In this document: piece after piece, positions 1-7,500 of the stretch
Layout: each line of letters starts with the position of its first letter
Position numbering within the stretch: position 1 is the first letter of the stretch
Origin: a virus
Lineage: Duplodnaviria; Heunggongvirae; Uroviricota; Caudoviricetes
Reading direction: 5' to 3' (one strand)
Length of the DNA stretch: 64,000 bases
IMG/VR virus record: IMGVR_UViG_3300028800_000057
Notes under the pieces: model-generated
Told to the model about the DNA's origin: nothing
The model's database searches: none
The model's input: only the letters and a program-made list of their open reading frames with translations
Made by a program: the position numbers and the translations under genes

Positions 1-54
1 CAGACTGTAAATCTGTTTCCTTCGGGAGGAGTGGTTCAAATCCACCAGCCACCA
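1..54 (+). tRNA. tRNA-Tyr(GTA), 5'-truncated by window edge
   Basis: Anticodon loop CTGTAAA, long variable arm, T-arm GGTTCAAATCC, 3' acceptor followed by CCA. Confidence 0.6.
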
Positions 55-129
55 CCAAGACACTAGAAAGGTACTCATCATGTTCATCAAACGCGAGCCC
101 GGGAGCGGGCAACTAAAAGCAGAAAGCGA

Positions 130-202
130 GGGTTCGTAGCTCAATTGGCAGAGCAAGCGGCCTTTAACCGCAAGGTTGGGAGATCATTGCTCCCCGAGCC
201 CA
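130..202 (+). tRNA. tRNA-like, possibly Lys(TTT); non-canonical
   Basis: Acceptor stem 7/7 (GGGTTCG/CGAGCCC), canonical D-arm GCTCAATTGGCAGAGC. The T-loop is ATCATTG (no TTC) and position 33 is C in loop CCTTTAA. Confidence 0.35.
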
Positions 203-248
203 CTGAGTTAAAACAATCGATTAATCTTCTTTGGTGTAGGTACCTTGT

Positions 249-935
249 ATGAAGCGAGAGCGCCAACTACACTCTGACTACACTACCCTGAAGTTAAGCA
301 AACGAAACCATGACTTGAAGCGAAGAGCTGTTGAATACAAAGGAGGTTGTTGCCAGGTTTGCGGTTACTCAAAATTCCTAGGTGCTTTGGAGTTCCACCA
401 CACTGATCCATCCCAGAAGGACTGGACAGTGGCTAGAAATCACAGGGCTTGGGAAGTGTTGAGGTTAGAGTTGGATAAATGTGTCTTGCTGTGTTCCAAC
501 TGTCATCGAGAAGAGCACGGTAAGATAATCAGTGAGCACCACGCTAAGTTAGAGCATTCTGTCAGATCGCAAATTCCAATTCGGCATACAAATCCAAAAG
601 TACCTCATACTTGTAAGACTTGTGGTGGGTTATTCTATGCTCGCCCAAGTACAGGTCAAGTTTACTGTAGTAAGAAGTGTCGTGAGACACTTGTGTGGCC
701 AAGTTCAGATGAGTTAGTAGAGATGCTTCATACTATGACCCCTAGTCAGATAGCTACTAAGTTGGGGTGCCACTCAAAGACAGTTAGAGAGAAGCTTCAT
801 AAGATAGGTATCACTTGGAATAGACACGGGCTTGTGGCGCAATTGGTAGCGCAGCGGACTCTTAATCCGAAGGTTGACGGGTTCAACTCCCTCCAGGCTC
901 ACTCAGTTTTTGATCCGACATCGTCCAACGGTTAG
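249..935 (+). CDS. HNH homing endonuclease with C-terminal HTH
   Basis: HNH motif (CQVCG...HH...N...CSNCH) and a C-terminal HTH-like segment shared with the other HNH ORFs here. The 3' end overlaps two tRNA genes (828-985). Confidence 0.6.
   Translation: MKRERQLHSDYTTLKLSKRNHDLKRRAVEYKGGCCQVCGYSKFLGALEFHHTDPSQKDWTVARNHRAWEVLRLELDKCVLLCSNCHREEHGKIISEHHAKLEHSVRSQIPIRHTNPKVPHTCKTCGGLFYARPSTGQVYCSKKCRETLVWPSSDELVEMLHTMTPSQIATKLGCHSKTVREKLHKIGITWNRHGLVAQLVAQRTLNPKVDGFNSLQAHSVFDPTSSNG
828..901 (+). tRNA. tRNA-Lys(CTT)-like
   Basis: Acceptor 828-834/894-900 fully paired, D-arm GCGCAATTGGTAGCGC, anticodon loop CTCTTAA. The T-stem is weak. Lies inside the 3' end of the HNH ORF. Confidence 0.4.
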
Positions 936-985
936 GGCGCGGGCCTTTGAAGCCCGTTATCCTGGTTCGAATCCAGGTGTCGGAA
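914..985 (+). tRNA. tRNA-Gln(TTG)
   Basis: Acceptor TCCGACA/TGTCGGA, anticodon loop CTTTGAA, T-arm CCTGGTTCGAATCCAGG, CCA follows. Confidence 0.7.
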
Positions 986-1254
986 CCAATCGAAGCAAGC
1001 AACCGCTAGCTTAGATCCTTGACAATCTAACAGTGAATGAGTGCTGACCTTACGAGTCTGTTGTGGGCTCGGGAAGCAGACGTGCCGTGATCGACCTCAA
1101 GTAAACCGAGGGCTGCAGCGACCGTGCCTGCCGGGTAGTTTTTCATTCCTGACCGTAATGAAGTAAGGCATTGGCGAGCCCCGTAGGGGCAAGCACAGTG
1201 CCTACGGCACGAGCACCAACTCGTGTCGGGGGAGGCTTGAAACAGCCTCCATAT

Positions 1255-1328
1255 TCCAGGGTTCATGTGTTGGTACATGGGCGTGACTGTTAATCACGAT
1301 TCCGCTAGTTCGATTCTAGCCTCTGGAG
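1255..1328 (+). tRNA. tRNA-Asn(GTT)
   Basis: Acceptor 7 bp, D-stem CATG/CATG, anticodon arm CGTGA-CTGTTAA-TCACG, T-arm GCTAGTTCGATTCTAGC. Confidence 0.65.
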
Positions 1329-1341
1329 CTTAGTGTTTCAT

Positions 1342-1414
1342 TCCAGCTTAGCTCAGTAGGTAGAGCGTTTGTCTGTTAAACAAAGGGTGCCTGGTTCGAG
1401 CCCAGGAGCTGGAG
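1342..1414 (+). tRNA. tRNA-Asn(GTT), second copy
   Basis: GCTCAGTAGGTAGAGC D-arm, anticodon arm TTTGT-CTGTTAA-ACAAA, T-arm CCTGGTTCGAGCCCAGG, CCA follows. Confidence 0.7.
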
Positions 1415-1499
1415 CCAACTCGTCAACCTCATCTCTACGGGAGACGAGTGGGGGAAGTAGAGATCCCCTGGGCGCCCGACAAGGTCGGGAGTGCCCTAT

Positions 1500-1572
1500 G
1501 CTGGCATAGCAATCGTGGGAACGCGCATCTTTCGTAAAGATGTTCAGGGTGGTTCGACTCCACTTGCCAGCT
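1500..1572 (+). tRNA. tRNA-Thr(CGT), weak D-arm
   Basis: Acceptor GCTGGCA/TGCCAGC, anticodon arm CATCT-TTCGTAA-AGATG, T-arm GGTGGTTCGACTCCACT. The D-stem pairs poorly. Confidence 0.5.
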
Positions 1573-1574
1573 CT

Positions 1575-1647
1575 GCGGGAGAGTAAAATGGTTCTACGCC
1601 GGGCTCATAACCCGGAAACAGTGGGGTTCAACTCCTCATTCCCGCTA
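1575..1647 (+). tRNA. tRNA-Met(CAT)-like
   Basis: Anticodon arm CCGGG-CTCATAA-CCCGG, T-arm TGGGGTTCAACTCCTCA. The acceptor has a 1:72 mismatch and the D-arm is imperfect. Confidence 0.45.
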
Positions 1648-1740
1648 CCACTTGAGTTCTCGTCGTCCATATTGCAGGATCTCGTTCTACCCGGGTAGGC
1701 GAAGAAGGGGGATCGTAAACTCCCGAGAACTCAGTTACTA

Positions 1741-1826
1741 CGGAAGGGCCTCCTATAGGTGAGGGAAATTGTCTTGAAAACAATCGAGCGTAACAGCTCT
1801 GCGAGTTCGAATCCCGCTCCTTCCGC
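1741..1826 (+). tRNA. tRNA-Ser(TGA), type II
   Basis: Acceptor CGGAAGG/CCTTCCG, anticodon arm ATTGT-CTTGAAA-ACAAT, long variable arm, T-loop TTCGAAT. Confidence 0.65.
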
Positions 1827-1901
1827 TGGTGAGAATACTGATCTGGAGTACAATCTTGTTAATTGAATCCCTCTAGCTCGTTCCTTGTCTCACCTATCAA
1901 T

Positions 1902-1975
1902 GTCCCTGTCGTCTACGCTGGCTAGGATAGTGCCCTCTCAAGGCGCTGAAAGGGGCTCGACACCCCTCAGGGACG
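1902..1975 (+). tRNA. tRNA-Glu(CTC); T-loop CTCGACA
   Basis: Acceptor GTCCCTG/CAGGGAC perfect, anticodon arm GTGCC-CTCTCAA-GGCGC, T-stem AGGGG/CCCCT. The T-loop begins with C. Confidence 0.5.
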
Positions 1976-1980
1976 CCAAC

Positions 1981-2054
1981 GGCCTTGTCTTCTAAAGGAT
2001 CAGGATAACAGCCTTTCAAGTTGTCAATGTCGGGTTCGAGTCCCACCAAGGTCA
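1981..2054 (+). tRNA. tRNA-Glu(TTC)-like
   Basis: Acceptor GGCCTTG/CAAGGTC, anticodon arm ACAGC-CTTTCAA-GTTGT, T-loop TTCGAGT, CCA follows. The D-stem and T-stem are weak. Confidence 0.4.
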
Positions 2055-2082
2055 CCAAACTCTTCTCGGTGTACTATCTCAC

Positions 2083-2538
2083 ATGACCACGCTTCATGAT
2101 GTTGCTGATACCTTGTCTAGGGTTGAATGTGAAGATCTGCGAGTAGCAGTACTTCTTGTTCACCCAGAAGATGTACCAGTTCTTTCTGCTCATGTTGATT
2201 ATGAGTTGCTTGGTAAGTCAGAACCTAGACCAGAGTGGGGTGGTAGCTTAGTAGGGCATCTTTGGGGAACCTCGGTGATTAGTACTACCAAGGTTGAAGT
2301 TGGGTACCCAGATGCAATACCGGATCCTGGTGGTGTTCAATGTCTGGTAGCATCTTTGAAGGATGCAAGAACTCATTGGCACAAGTATGAGCCCCCACCA
2401 CCCCCAGATCCAAACCGGCTTCAGAAGATGATCTCCAATACCAGGTGCAGGCTCATCAAACTTCTTGGTGGTAAGCCACTGCTCACCCGGGTCAACCATG
2501 AAGTCAACATTGGTCCAGGCCCCATGCCTCAAGGGTAA
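2083..2538 (+). CDS. hypothetical protein
   Basis: 151-aa ORF in a coding-dense region. No recognisable motif. Confidence 0.35.
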   Translation: MTTLHDVADTLSRVECEDLRVAVLLVHPEDVPVLSAHVDYELLGKSEPRPEWGGSLVGHLWGTSVISTTKVEVGYPDAIPDPGGVQCLVASLKDARTHWHKYEPPPPPDPNRLQKMISNTRCRLIKLLGGKPLLTRVNHEVNIGPGPMPQG

Positions 2539-2542
2539 TCAA

Positions 2543-2728
2543 GTGCCAACCTACGAGTACCAATGCAAAGCCTGTCAGCACCTCTGGGAGGCTGACCAGA
2601 AGATTACGGAACCGCCGTTGATGGATTGCCCTGAGTGCAAGAAGCCAGAAGCTAAGAGGCTCATAAGCGGCGGCACAGGCTTCCAACTTCAGGGTAGTGG
2701 TTGGGCTGATTCTGGTTATTCCAAATGA
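2543..2728 (+). CDS. FmdB-family zinc-ribbon protein (GTG start inferred)
   Basis: VPTYEYQCKACQH...CPECK matches the FmdB zinc-ribbon pattern. The ORF track extends upstream to 2465, but the family consensus starts at PTYEY. Confidence 0.45.
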   Translation: MPTYEYQCKACQHLWEADQKITEPPLMDCPECKKPEAKRLISGGTGFQLQGSGWADSGYSK

Positions 2729-3735
2729 CTTTATTGAGAGTTGAGCAAATTGACCACAAGATATCAGGTAAGAGTGGTCGTCCAATCAAACACCAATTGC
2801 TTCATTTGAAGTGTGATGGGATCAGATGTACTATTGAGTTTACTCGAAGGTATCAAACGAGTATCTTCCAGAATCCTTATCACTTTTGTTCAAGATCTTG
2901 TACAGGTAGAACAATCTTTGCTCGTCCTGATGTTCAAGCAAAGATCGAAGTTACAAGCTCACTACCTAATGTGCGAGCCAAGAGGTCACAAAGTCAGAAG
3001 CTTGCTCAGGCTCGTCCTGATGTGCGAGCCAAGATCTCAGAGTCGGTTAAGTTGGCTAAGTCTAAGCCGGGTAGTCGTGAGAGGATGTCAGCTATTCTCA
3101 AGGTGTCCCAGAGTAGGCCTGAAGTTAAAGAAAAACTAGCTTTAGCTATGCGAGAGGTTTTGAGTAGGCCTGAAGTAAAAGAGAAGATCTCAGCAGCTAC
3201 CAAAGAACGTTATAGAAACCCAGAGTTCGCGGCCCATATGTCAGCCGTGCATAGAGAGTGTAACAATAGACCAGAGGTTTTGGCAAAGATGTCAGCCTCT
3301 GTTTCAATCGGTGCCCGTAGGGCTTATGCAGAGGGTAGAGCTGCCCCTCTTGGTACATTCTGTAAGATCTATACCCTTGCTTTACCCTCGGGTCGTATTG
3401 CAAAAGTCCAAGGTACTTGGGAAGCCGTTTACGCAGAGCACTTAGACAAGATTGCTACCAAGTTCCTAACTCAATTTGAAGGTATCGGATCTTTTCAGTA
3501 CACTGATGAATCAGGGGTGTCTCACACATACTTTCCAGATTTCTATCTACCAGAATCGAATACTTATGTTGATGTTAAAGGTGACTCTAAAGTATGGTAC
3601 TCTACTAAGTTACCATCAATCCTAAAGTGTAATCCTGATCTTCATCTTGAAACTGTTGATCAGGAAAGATTTCAAGAACTAGGTATACGAATCATGAGAG
3701 AGTCACGGTTGTTTCGAAAACGACTTGATCTCTAA
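2725..3735 (+). CDS. homing-endonuclease-like protein with tandem NUMOD3 DNA-binding repeats and a PD-(D/E)XK-like C-terminus
   Basis: Repeats RP(D/E)V.AKISE..K (at least five copies), an N-terminal Cys/His cluster, and a C-terminal FPDFY...YVDVKG motif. Confidence 0.5.
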   Translation: MTLLRVEQIDHKISGKSGRPIKHQLLHLKCDGIRCTIEFTRRYQTSIFQNPYHFCSRSCTGRTIFARPDVQAKIEVTSSLPNVRAKRSQSQKLAQARPDVRAKISESVKLAKSKPGSRERMSAILKVSQSRPEVKEKLALAMREVLSRPEVKEKISAATKERYRNPEFAAHMSAVHRECNNRPEVLAKMSASVSIGARRAYAEGRAAPLGTFCKIYTLALPSGRIAKVQGTWEAVYAEHLDKIATKFLTQFEGIGSFQYTDESGVSHTYFPDFYLPESNTYVDVKGDSKVWYSTKLPSILKCNPDLHLETVDQERFQELGIRIMRESRLFRKRLDL

Positions 3736-3738
3736 CAC

Positions 3739-3822
3739 GGTCCCTTGGCGGAACTAGGCAGACGCGGTGGACTTAAAACCCACTACCCACGTGGTGTCCC
3801 GGTTCAAGTCCGGGAGGGACTA
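3739..3822 (+). tRNA. tRNA-Leu(TAA), type II
   Basis: Anticodon loop CTTAAAA, long variable arm, T-arm CCCGGTTCAAGTCCGGG, acceptor paired. Confidence 0.65.
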
Positions 3823-3831
3823 CTACTATAT

Positions 3832-3905
3832 TGGCCGGTAGCTCATCTGGTTAGAGCGCAGACCTGATAAGTCTGAGGTGCCCAGTTCAAGTCTGGGGCG
3901 GCCAA
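3832..3905 (+). tRNA. tRNA-Ile(GAT)
   Basis: GCTCATCTGGTTAGAGC D-arm, anticodon arm CAGAC-CTGATAA-GTCTG, T-arm CCCAGTTCAAGTCTGGG. Confidence 0.75.
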
Positions 3906-3916
3906 CTAAGCCATTG

Positions 3917-3940
3917 GAAAATGCAAGTGGGGACTACAAT
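3917..3940 (+). promoter_or_regulatory. conserved post-tRNA motif, copy A
   Basis: GGAAAATGCAAGTGGGGACTACAAT, 12 nt after the tRNA-Ile 3' end. Confidence 0.4.
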
Positions 3941-4078
3941 CGCAAAAACTGTACACGTCTCTACAACCTTCTTGTTTCCAGTGGTGGCTCTTCTCAGCTC
4001 GATGGTGGGTTGGACTAAATAGTAGGAGCATCAAGGGGTTGCCCCTACTATCTACCACCCTTGAGCGAAACTTTTCAT

Positions 4079-4163
4079 GCAATCGTGGTGGAACTAGGCA
4101 GACACGCGAGTTTCAGAAATTCGTGGGGTAATACCCGTGGAGGTTCGATTCCTCTCGATTGCA
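4079..4163 (+). tRNA. tRNA-Leu(CAG), type II
   Basis: Acceptor GCAATCG/CGATTGC, anticodon loop TTCAGAA, long variable arm, T-arm GGAGGTTCGATTCCTCT. Confidence 0.7.
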
Positions 4164-4169
4164 CTCCAT

Positions 4170-4252
4170 GCATCAGTGGCGGAACTGGCAGACGCGGTAG
4201 CCTCAAACACTACTGTCCTTGTGACGTGGGGGTTCGATTCCCTCCTGATGCA
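4170..4252 (+). tRNA. tRNA-Leu(CAA), type II
   Basis: Acceptor GCATCAG/CTGATGC, anticodon loop CTCAAAC, T-arm GGGGGTTCGATTCCCTC, CCA follows. Confidence 0.65.
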
Positions 4253-4262
4253 CCAAAGCACC

Positions 4263-4284
4263 AAATGCAGTTAGGACTACAAAC
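4263..4284 (+). promoter_or_regulatory. conserved post-tRNA motif, copy B
   Basis: CAAATGCAGTTAGGACTACAAA, 8 nt after the tRNA-Leu(CAA) CCA. Confidence 0.4.
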
Positions 4285-4405
4285 ATCCCCCGCCAAGAGC
4301 CCCGAAGTTTGCTTCGAGCCTCTTGGGGGGATTCGGATGTGTCCGCCCTCCAAAGGCGGTTTGCCTCCGGGTAATAATGTCTTGGCAATCACTTGTTGGT
4401 GCTTC

Positions 4406-5125
4406 CTAACTTGAGACTGTGCGAGGCTTGTACTTCTGTGGTGCAAAGCCGAGCCTTCGTTTGATGTACTTCTTGACTGCATTATCTGACACCCCTAGTC
4501 CAGCAGCTACTTTGGTGTAACTAGTCTGCACTACGGATCTGGCAAGATCTTCTACCGGTGGCCACTTGGTCTTGCTCTCTACATGCCTGCCTAAGCAGGA
4601 CTTACACCTGTCGGACTTTCTGTAGATCACTGCCCCACAAGAGCACCGTCTTGGGTCACTTCGATACCTACCTAGCTTAGATTTACCAGTGAATGTTTTG
4701 GTCTGACTGTGACAATTAGGACATAGGATATGAAGGTTCTCTATCCTGTTATCACTTGAATCCCCATTCTTGTGATCTAGCTGCAAGGTTAGTGGTTTTT
4801 CATTCCACTTTGGGCCTACTCCGCAGTCATCACATTGGTTAGGTAGCAGGCCCTCTTTGATCAACCTTTTTCGTAGTGGGTTACTACCATACTGACTATT
4901 CTCAACCAATATATCTACTAACGGGATCTTGGTTGTTCTTGGGGATGTACCATGCGCAAGGCCTTTGAAGTGTGTGGTGTCTACTCCAATCTTCTTTACA
5001 ACTAGGCCGACACTCTTGTAGTTTCCTGGGCTTGTGGTTAGGTGGAGTGCTCGTAGAACCCCAGCCATTGTGTTGTTGGTTTGAGTTGCCAACCGAAGGG
5101 CTTCATCTGACCAAGATCTTTTCAT
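4406..5125 (-). CDS. HNH homing endonuclease
   Basis: CDDCG...LDHKNG...NLHILCPNCH motif and a C-terminal HTH-like tail. Paralog of 24913..25686. Confidence 0.65.
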   Translation of the reverse strand: MKRSWSDEALRLATQTNNTMAGVLRALHLTTSPGNYKSVGLVVKKIGVDTTHFKGLAHGTSPRTTKIPLVDILVENSQYGSNPLRKRLIKEGLLPNQCDDCGVGPKWNEKPLTLQLDHKNGDSSDNRIENLHILCPNCHSQTKTFTGKSKLGRYRSDPRRCSCGAVIYRKSDRCKSCLGRHVESKTKWPPVEDLARSVVQTSYTKVAAGLGVSDNAVKKYIKRRLGFAPQKYKPRTVSS

Positions 5126-5171
5126 ATAGTAGCACCCTTATAGATAGAGTAGTTACACCAGTTCGATTCAT

Positions 5172-5246
5172 GGACTCTGAGCTAGTTTGGTAATTTAGCG
5201 TTCGGCTGAAGCCCGAAAGAACCTGGTTCGATCCCGGGAGAGTCCA
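5172..5246 (+). tRNA. tRNA-Phe(GAA)
   Basis: GCTAGTTTGGTAATTTAGC D-arm, anticodon arm TTCGG-CTGAAGC-CCGAA, T-arm CCTGGTTCGATCCCGGG. Confidence 0.75.
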
Positions 5247-5250
5247 CCGC

Positions 5251-5276
5251 GAAGAATGACTGCAGGGAGTACATTG
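5251..5276 (+). promoter_or_regulatory. conserved post-tRNA motif, copy C
   Basis: GAAGAATGACTGCAGGGAGTACATTG after tRNA-Phe. Confidence 0.4.
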
Positions 5277-5398
5277 CATTAGGAGCCGTGAACGTGAGTT
5301 CGAATCTCACTCCCCACACTAATCAAAGACCACGTGGGGATCGTCTAGTGGTCAGGACAGCGTACGTTTCTCTCTCAACTACTTGTCTTCGCGAATTA

Positions 5399-5472
5399 CA
5401 GGGTGTAGCTCAGTTTGGTAGAGCATCAGTCTGGGGGACTGAGGGTCGGACGTTCGAGTCGTCTCATCCTGA
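5399..5472 (+). tRNA. tRNA-Pro(GGG)
   Basis: GCTCAGTTTGGTAGAGC D-arm, anticodon arm TCAGT-CTGGGGG-ACTGA, T-arm GGACGTTCGAGTCGTCT. Confidence 0.7.
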
Positions 5473-5626
5473 CAACTTTGGTGTACTATTCAACATGTCA
5501 CTCAAACGAGGAACCCTCATTGGTGATACTCTGGCTCGGATGCCAGCCCCTGTGGTGAGGCACCTAATACCACTTGATGGGTAATGTGGTACCCTGCCCT
5601 CCAAGTGCTAGAAGAGTAATCGTTAC

Positions 5627-5698
5627 CGGGGTGTAGATCAGTGGTAGATCGCGTGCTTTGGGAGCATGAGGCCGTCAGTTCAAGTCTGACCACCCCGA
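5627..5698 (+). tRNA. tRNA-Pro(TGG)
   Basis: Acceptor CGGGGTG/CACCCCG, anticodon arm CGTGC-TTTGGGA-GCATG, T-arm GTCAGTTCAAGTCTGAC. Confidence 0.7.
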
Positions 5699-5726
5699 CT
5701 ATTCTTTTCGTATTCAGATCTACAAT

Positions 5727-6497
5727 ATGAGTTCTCTAGTTTCTCGGGTGGTTGCTAGGTATAAAGCTGCGGTTGATGTCCGAAGACTCAATCTAGCTTG
5801 GTATACATTCAAGGAGTGGAATCTATCGGGGCCTCTCTCTTTATTAGATACCATGAGTAAAGCGTTCGACTCGAAACCCTTGAGTGATAAGACCAGAAAA
5901 CTCCTGGACATTGATTCTAGGTTGAAGAAGTTAGACAAGGAATACACTCATCGATTCAAGTCTTTAATAGATGATCCCTCTGACTTACCCAACCTACAAA
6001 AAGAACTCAAGCGAGAACTTAAGCTAATCGGGCTTCTTCTTCAACGATATGACTTCAATGCTGACGATATCTACAGTGATATTGATGATTCTCCTATAGC
6101 CAAAGTACTTGTTGATTTTGATCGGAACGATCTGATAGATCGTATTGGGTCATTCCCTGAGGATGCTCCTACAGAGGAGGATCTAAGTTGGTTGAAGTCA
6201 TTAGACTTCTCTAAACAACAGAGGGCTCTGGATCAGGTTCATAGCTACATCCCAGACTTCTCACCTTCTGACCATGATTACGGTAGTTTCGCTTTCTTCA
6301 AGGAGTGGATACACAACCTTCCTACTAACTATGATGAGTGGGAGGATGCACTTCCATCTAACTTTGAAGAGATTAGCACTGATGTAGTAGAGACCAAGGT
6401 TGGTCAGGGTGTGACTAAGTACTTTGATGGCAACCAGTCGATCTTCGAGTACATCCAAGGTGACCTAGAGTCTCTTTTAGATGATCTCGAGATTTAG
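5727..6497 (+). CDS. hypothetical acidic protein with N-terminal RVAARY-type leader
   Basis: 256-aa ORF. The N-terminus MSSLVSRVVARYKAA matches a leader shared by at least five other ORFs. Confidence 0.5.
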   Translation: MSSLVSRVVARYKAAVDVRRLNLAWYTFKEWNLSGPLSLLDTMSKAFDSKPLSDKTRKLLDIDSRLKKLDKEYTHRFKSLIDDPSDLPNLQKELKRELKLIGLLLQRYDFNADDIYSDIDDSPIAKVLVDFDRNDLIDRIGSFPEDAPTEEDLSWLKSLDFSKQQRALDQVHSYIPDFSPSDHDYGSFAFFKEWIHNLPTNYDEWEDALPSNFEEISTDVVETKVGQGVTKYFDGNQSIFEYIQGDLESLLDDLEI

Positions 6498-6510
6498 ATC
6501 ACAATTTTAC

Positions 6511-6598
6511 GGAAGGTGCCAGCTAACCGGATGGCAACCAGCTTCGAAAACTGGTGGGTACCTCGTAAGGGGTAAGGGTTCGATTCCTACACTTTCCG
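6511..6598 (+). tRNA. tRNA-Ser(CGA)-like, type II
   Basis: Acceptor GGAAGGT/ACTTTCC, anticodon loop TTCGAAA, long variable arm, T-loop TTCGATT. Stems are imperfect. Confidence 0.45.
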
Positions 6599-6771
6599 CT
6601 AAGCCCGAATCATCAGGGATCATCTTACCTCTGTTACCTGACTTGGGCTGAAGCTGCTGAACTCTTGTAAGATGAGGGAAGCGGAAGCTGAATGGCAGTC
6701 GGTCTTGAGGGTCCGATCCAGCAAGATTTCTGAGGGTGCGCACCCAATAATGAGATCCTGCCAAACTTTAT

Positions 6772-6856
6772 GGAAGGTAAATCTGGATCTGGTCTGGAGC
6801 CCGCCTGCTGAGCGGTGCGTAGGTAACACTATGGCGTTCGAATCGTCTGCCTTCCG
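6772..6856 (+). tRNA. tRNA-Ser(GCT), type II
   Basis: Acceptor GGAAGGT/GCCTTCC, anticodon loop CTGCTGA, long variable arm, T-loop TTCGAAT. Confidence 0.55.
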
Positions 6857-6872
6857 CTGGTGTAACTTTAGT

Positions 6873-7433
6873 ATGCGAGTCTGCTCTTGTGGTAAAGAAG
6901 AAACCCCAGATGAGCCTTTTTACGATAAGAGTGCTGTCTGTAGGAAGTGCTACTACTTGAAGAAGGAGGGTACTGCTAAGATCTATCGAGATAACCAACG
7001 AATTAGGGATATGTATAATAGACTTGATCGGGATCGAAGAGCTAATCCTAGATTCAGATCCGGGTTCATACTCAAGGACTCTAAACAGTCAGATAGGAGG
7101 GCAGGGCGGTCAAATGACTTGACCAAAGAGATTATCGAGAAGTTAATCTCACAAGAGTGTCAGTATTGTGGTGAGACCTCACTTAAAATGACTTTGGATC
7201 GTAGAGGTAACTCACTTGGGCATCTTGAGTCCAATGTAATACCGTGTTGTATACGATGTAACTACATAAGAAGAGATATGCCTTATGAGGCTTGGATTCT
7301 ATTGAGTCCATTTCTTCGATTAGTTCGAGAGTCTGGTTTATTTGGTTCTTGGACTTGTGGTGTGGGTAATCGGACAAATGGAAGGGATGGGGTGAGTGGT
7401 CGCCCGCCAGCTTGGAAACCTGGATGCCCGTAA
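6873..7433 (+). CDS. HNH homing endonuclease
   Basis: CQYCGE...LDRRGNSLGHLESNVIPCCIRCN motif. The ORF track starts at 6672, but that part overlaps tRNA-Ser(GCT), so the start is taken at the ATG after the tRNA. The 3' end overlaps tRNA-Ser(GGA). Confidence 0.55.
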   Translation: MRVCSCGKEETPDEPFYDKSAVCRKCYYLKKEGTAKIYRDNQRIRDMYNRLDRDRRANPRFRSGFILKDSKQSDRRAGRSNDLTKEIIEKLISQECQYCGETSLKMTLDRRGNSLGHLESNVIPCCIRCNYIRRDMPYEAWILLSPFLRLVRESGLFGSWTCGVGNRTNGRDGVSGRPPAWKPGCP

Positions 7434-7462
7434 GGACCGCAGTTCGACTCTGCTCTCTTCCG
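7380..7462 (+). tRNA. tRNA-Ser(GGA), type II
   Basis: Acceptor GGAAGGG/CTCTTCC, anticodon loop TTGGAAA, long variable arm, T-arm CGCAGTTCGACTCTGCT. Confidence 0.55.
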
Positions 7463-7500
7463 CTACTTGATCAAGTTTCACTTATAGGGTACTTCTTGGT

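Noticed and set aside
1027-1278. 83-aa minus-strand ORF
   Set aside because: It lies antisense across tRNA-Asn and the tRNA-dense spacer, with no supporting signals.
4061-4414. 117-aa plus-strand ORF
   Set aside because: It is translated straight across tRNA-Leu(CAG), tRNA-Leu(CAA) and the hairpin block, so it is an artefact of the open frame.
5290-5375. Reading the 3'-half/5'-half units as ordinary tRNAs with the conserved motif as the 5' part
   Set aside because: No D-arm or anticodon arm can be formed from the motif, and the acceptor complement lies downstream rather than upstream.
6507-6764. 85-aa and 69-aa minus-strand ORFs
   Set aside because: They are antisense to tRNA-Ser(CGA) and the following spacer.
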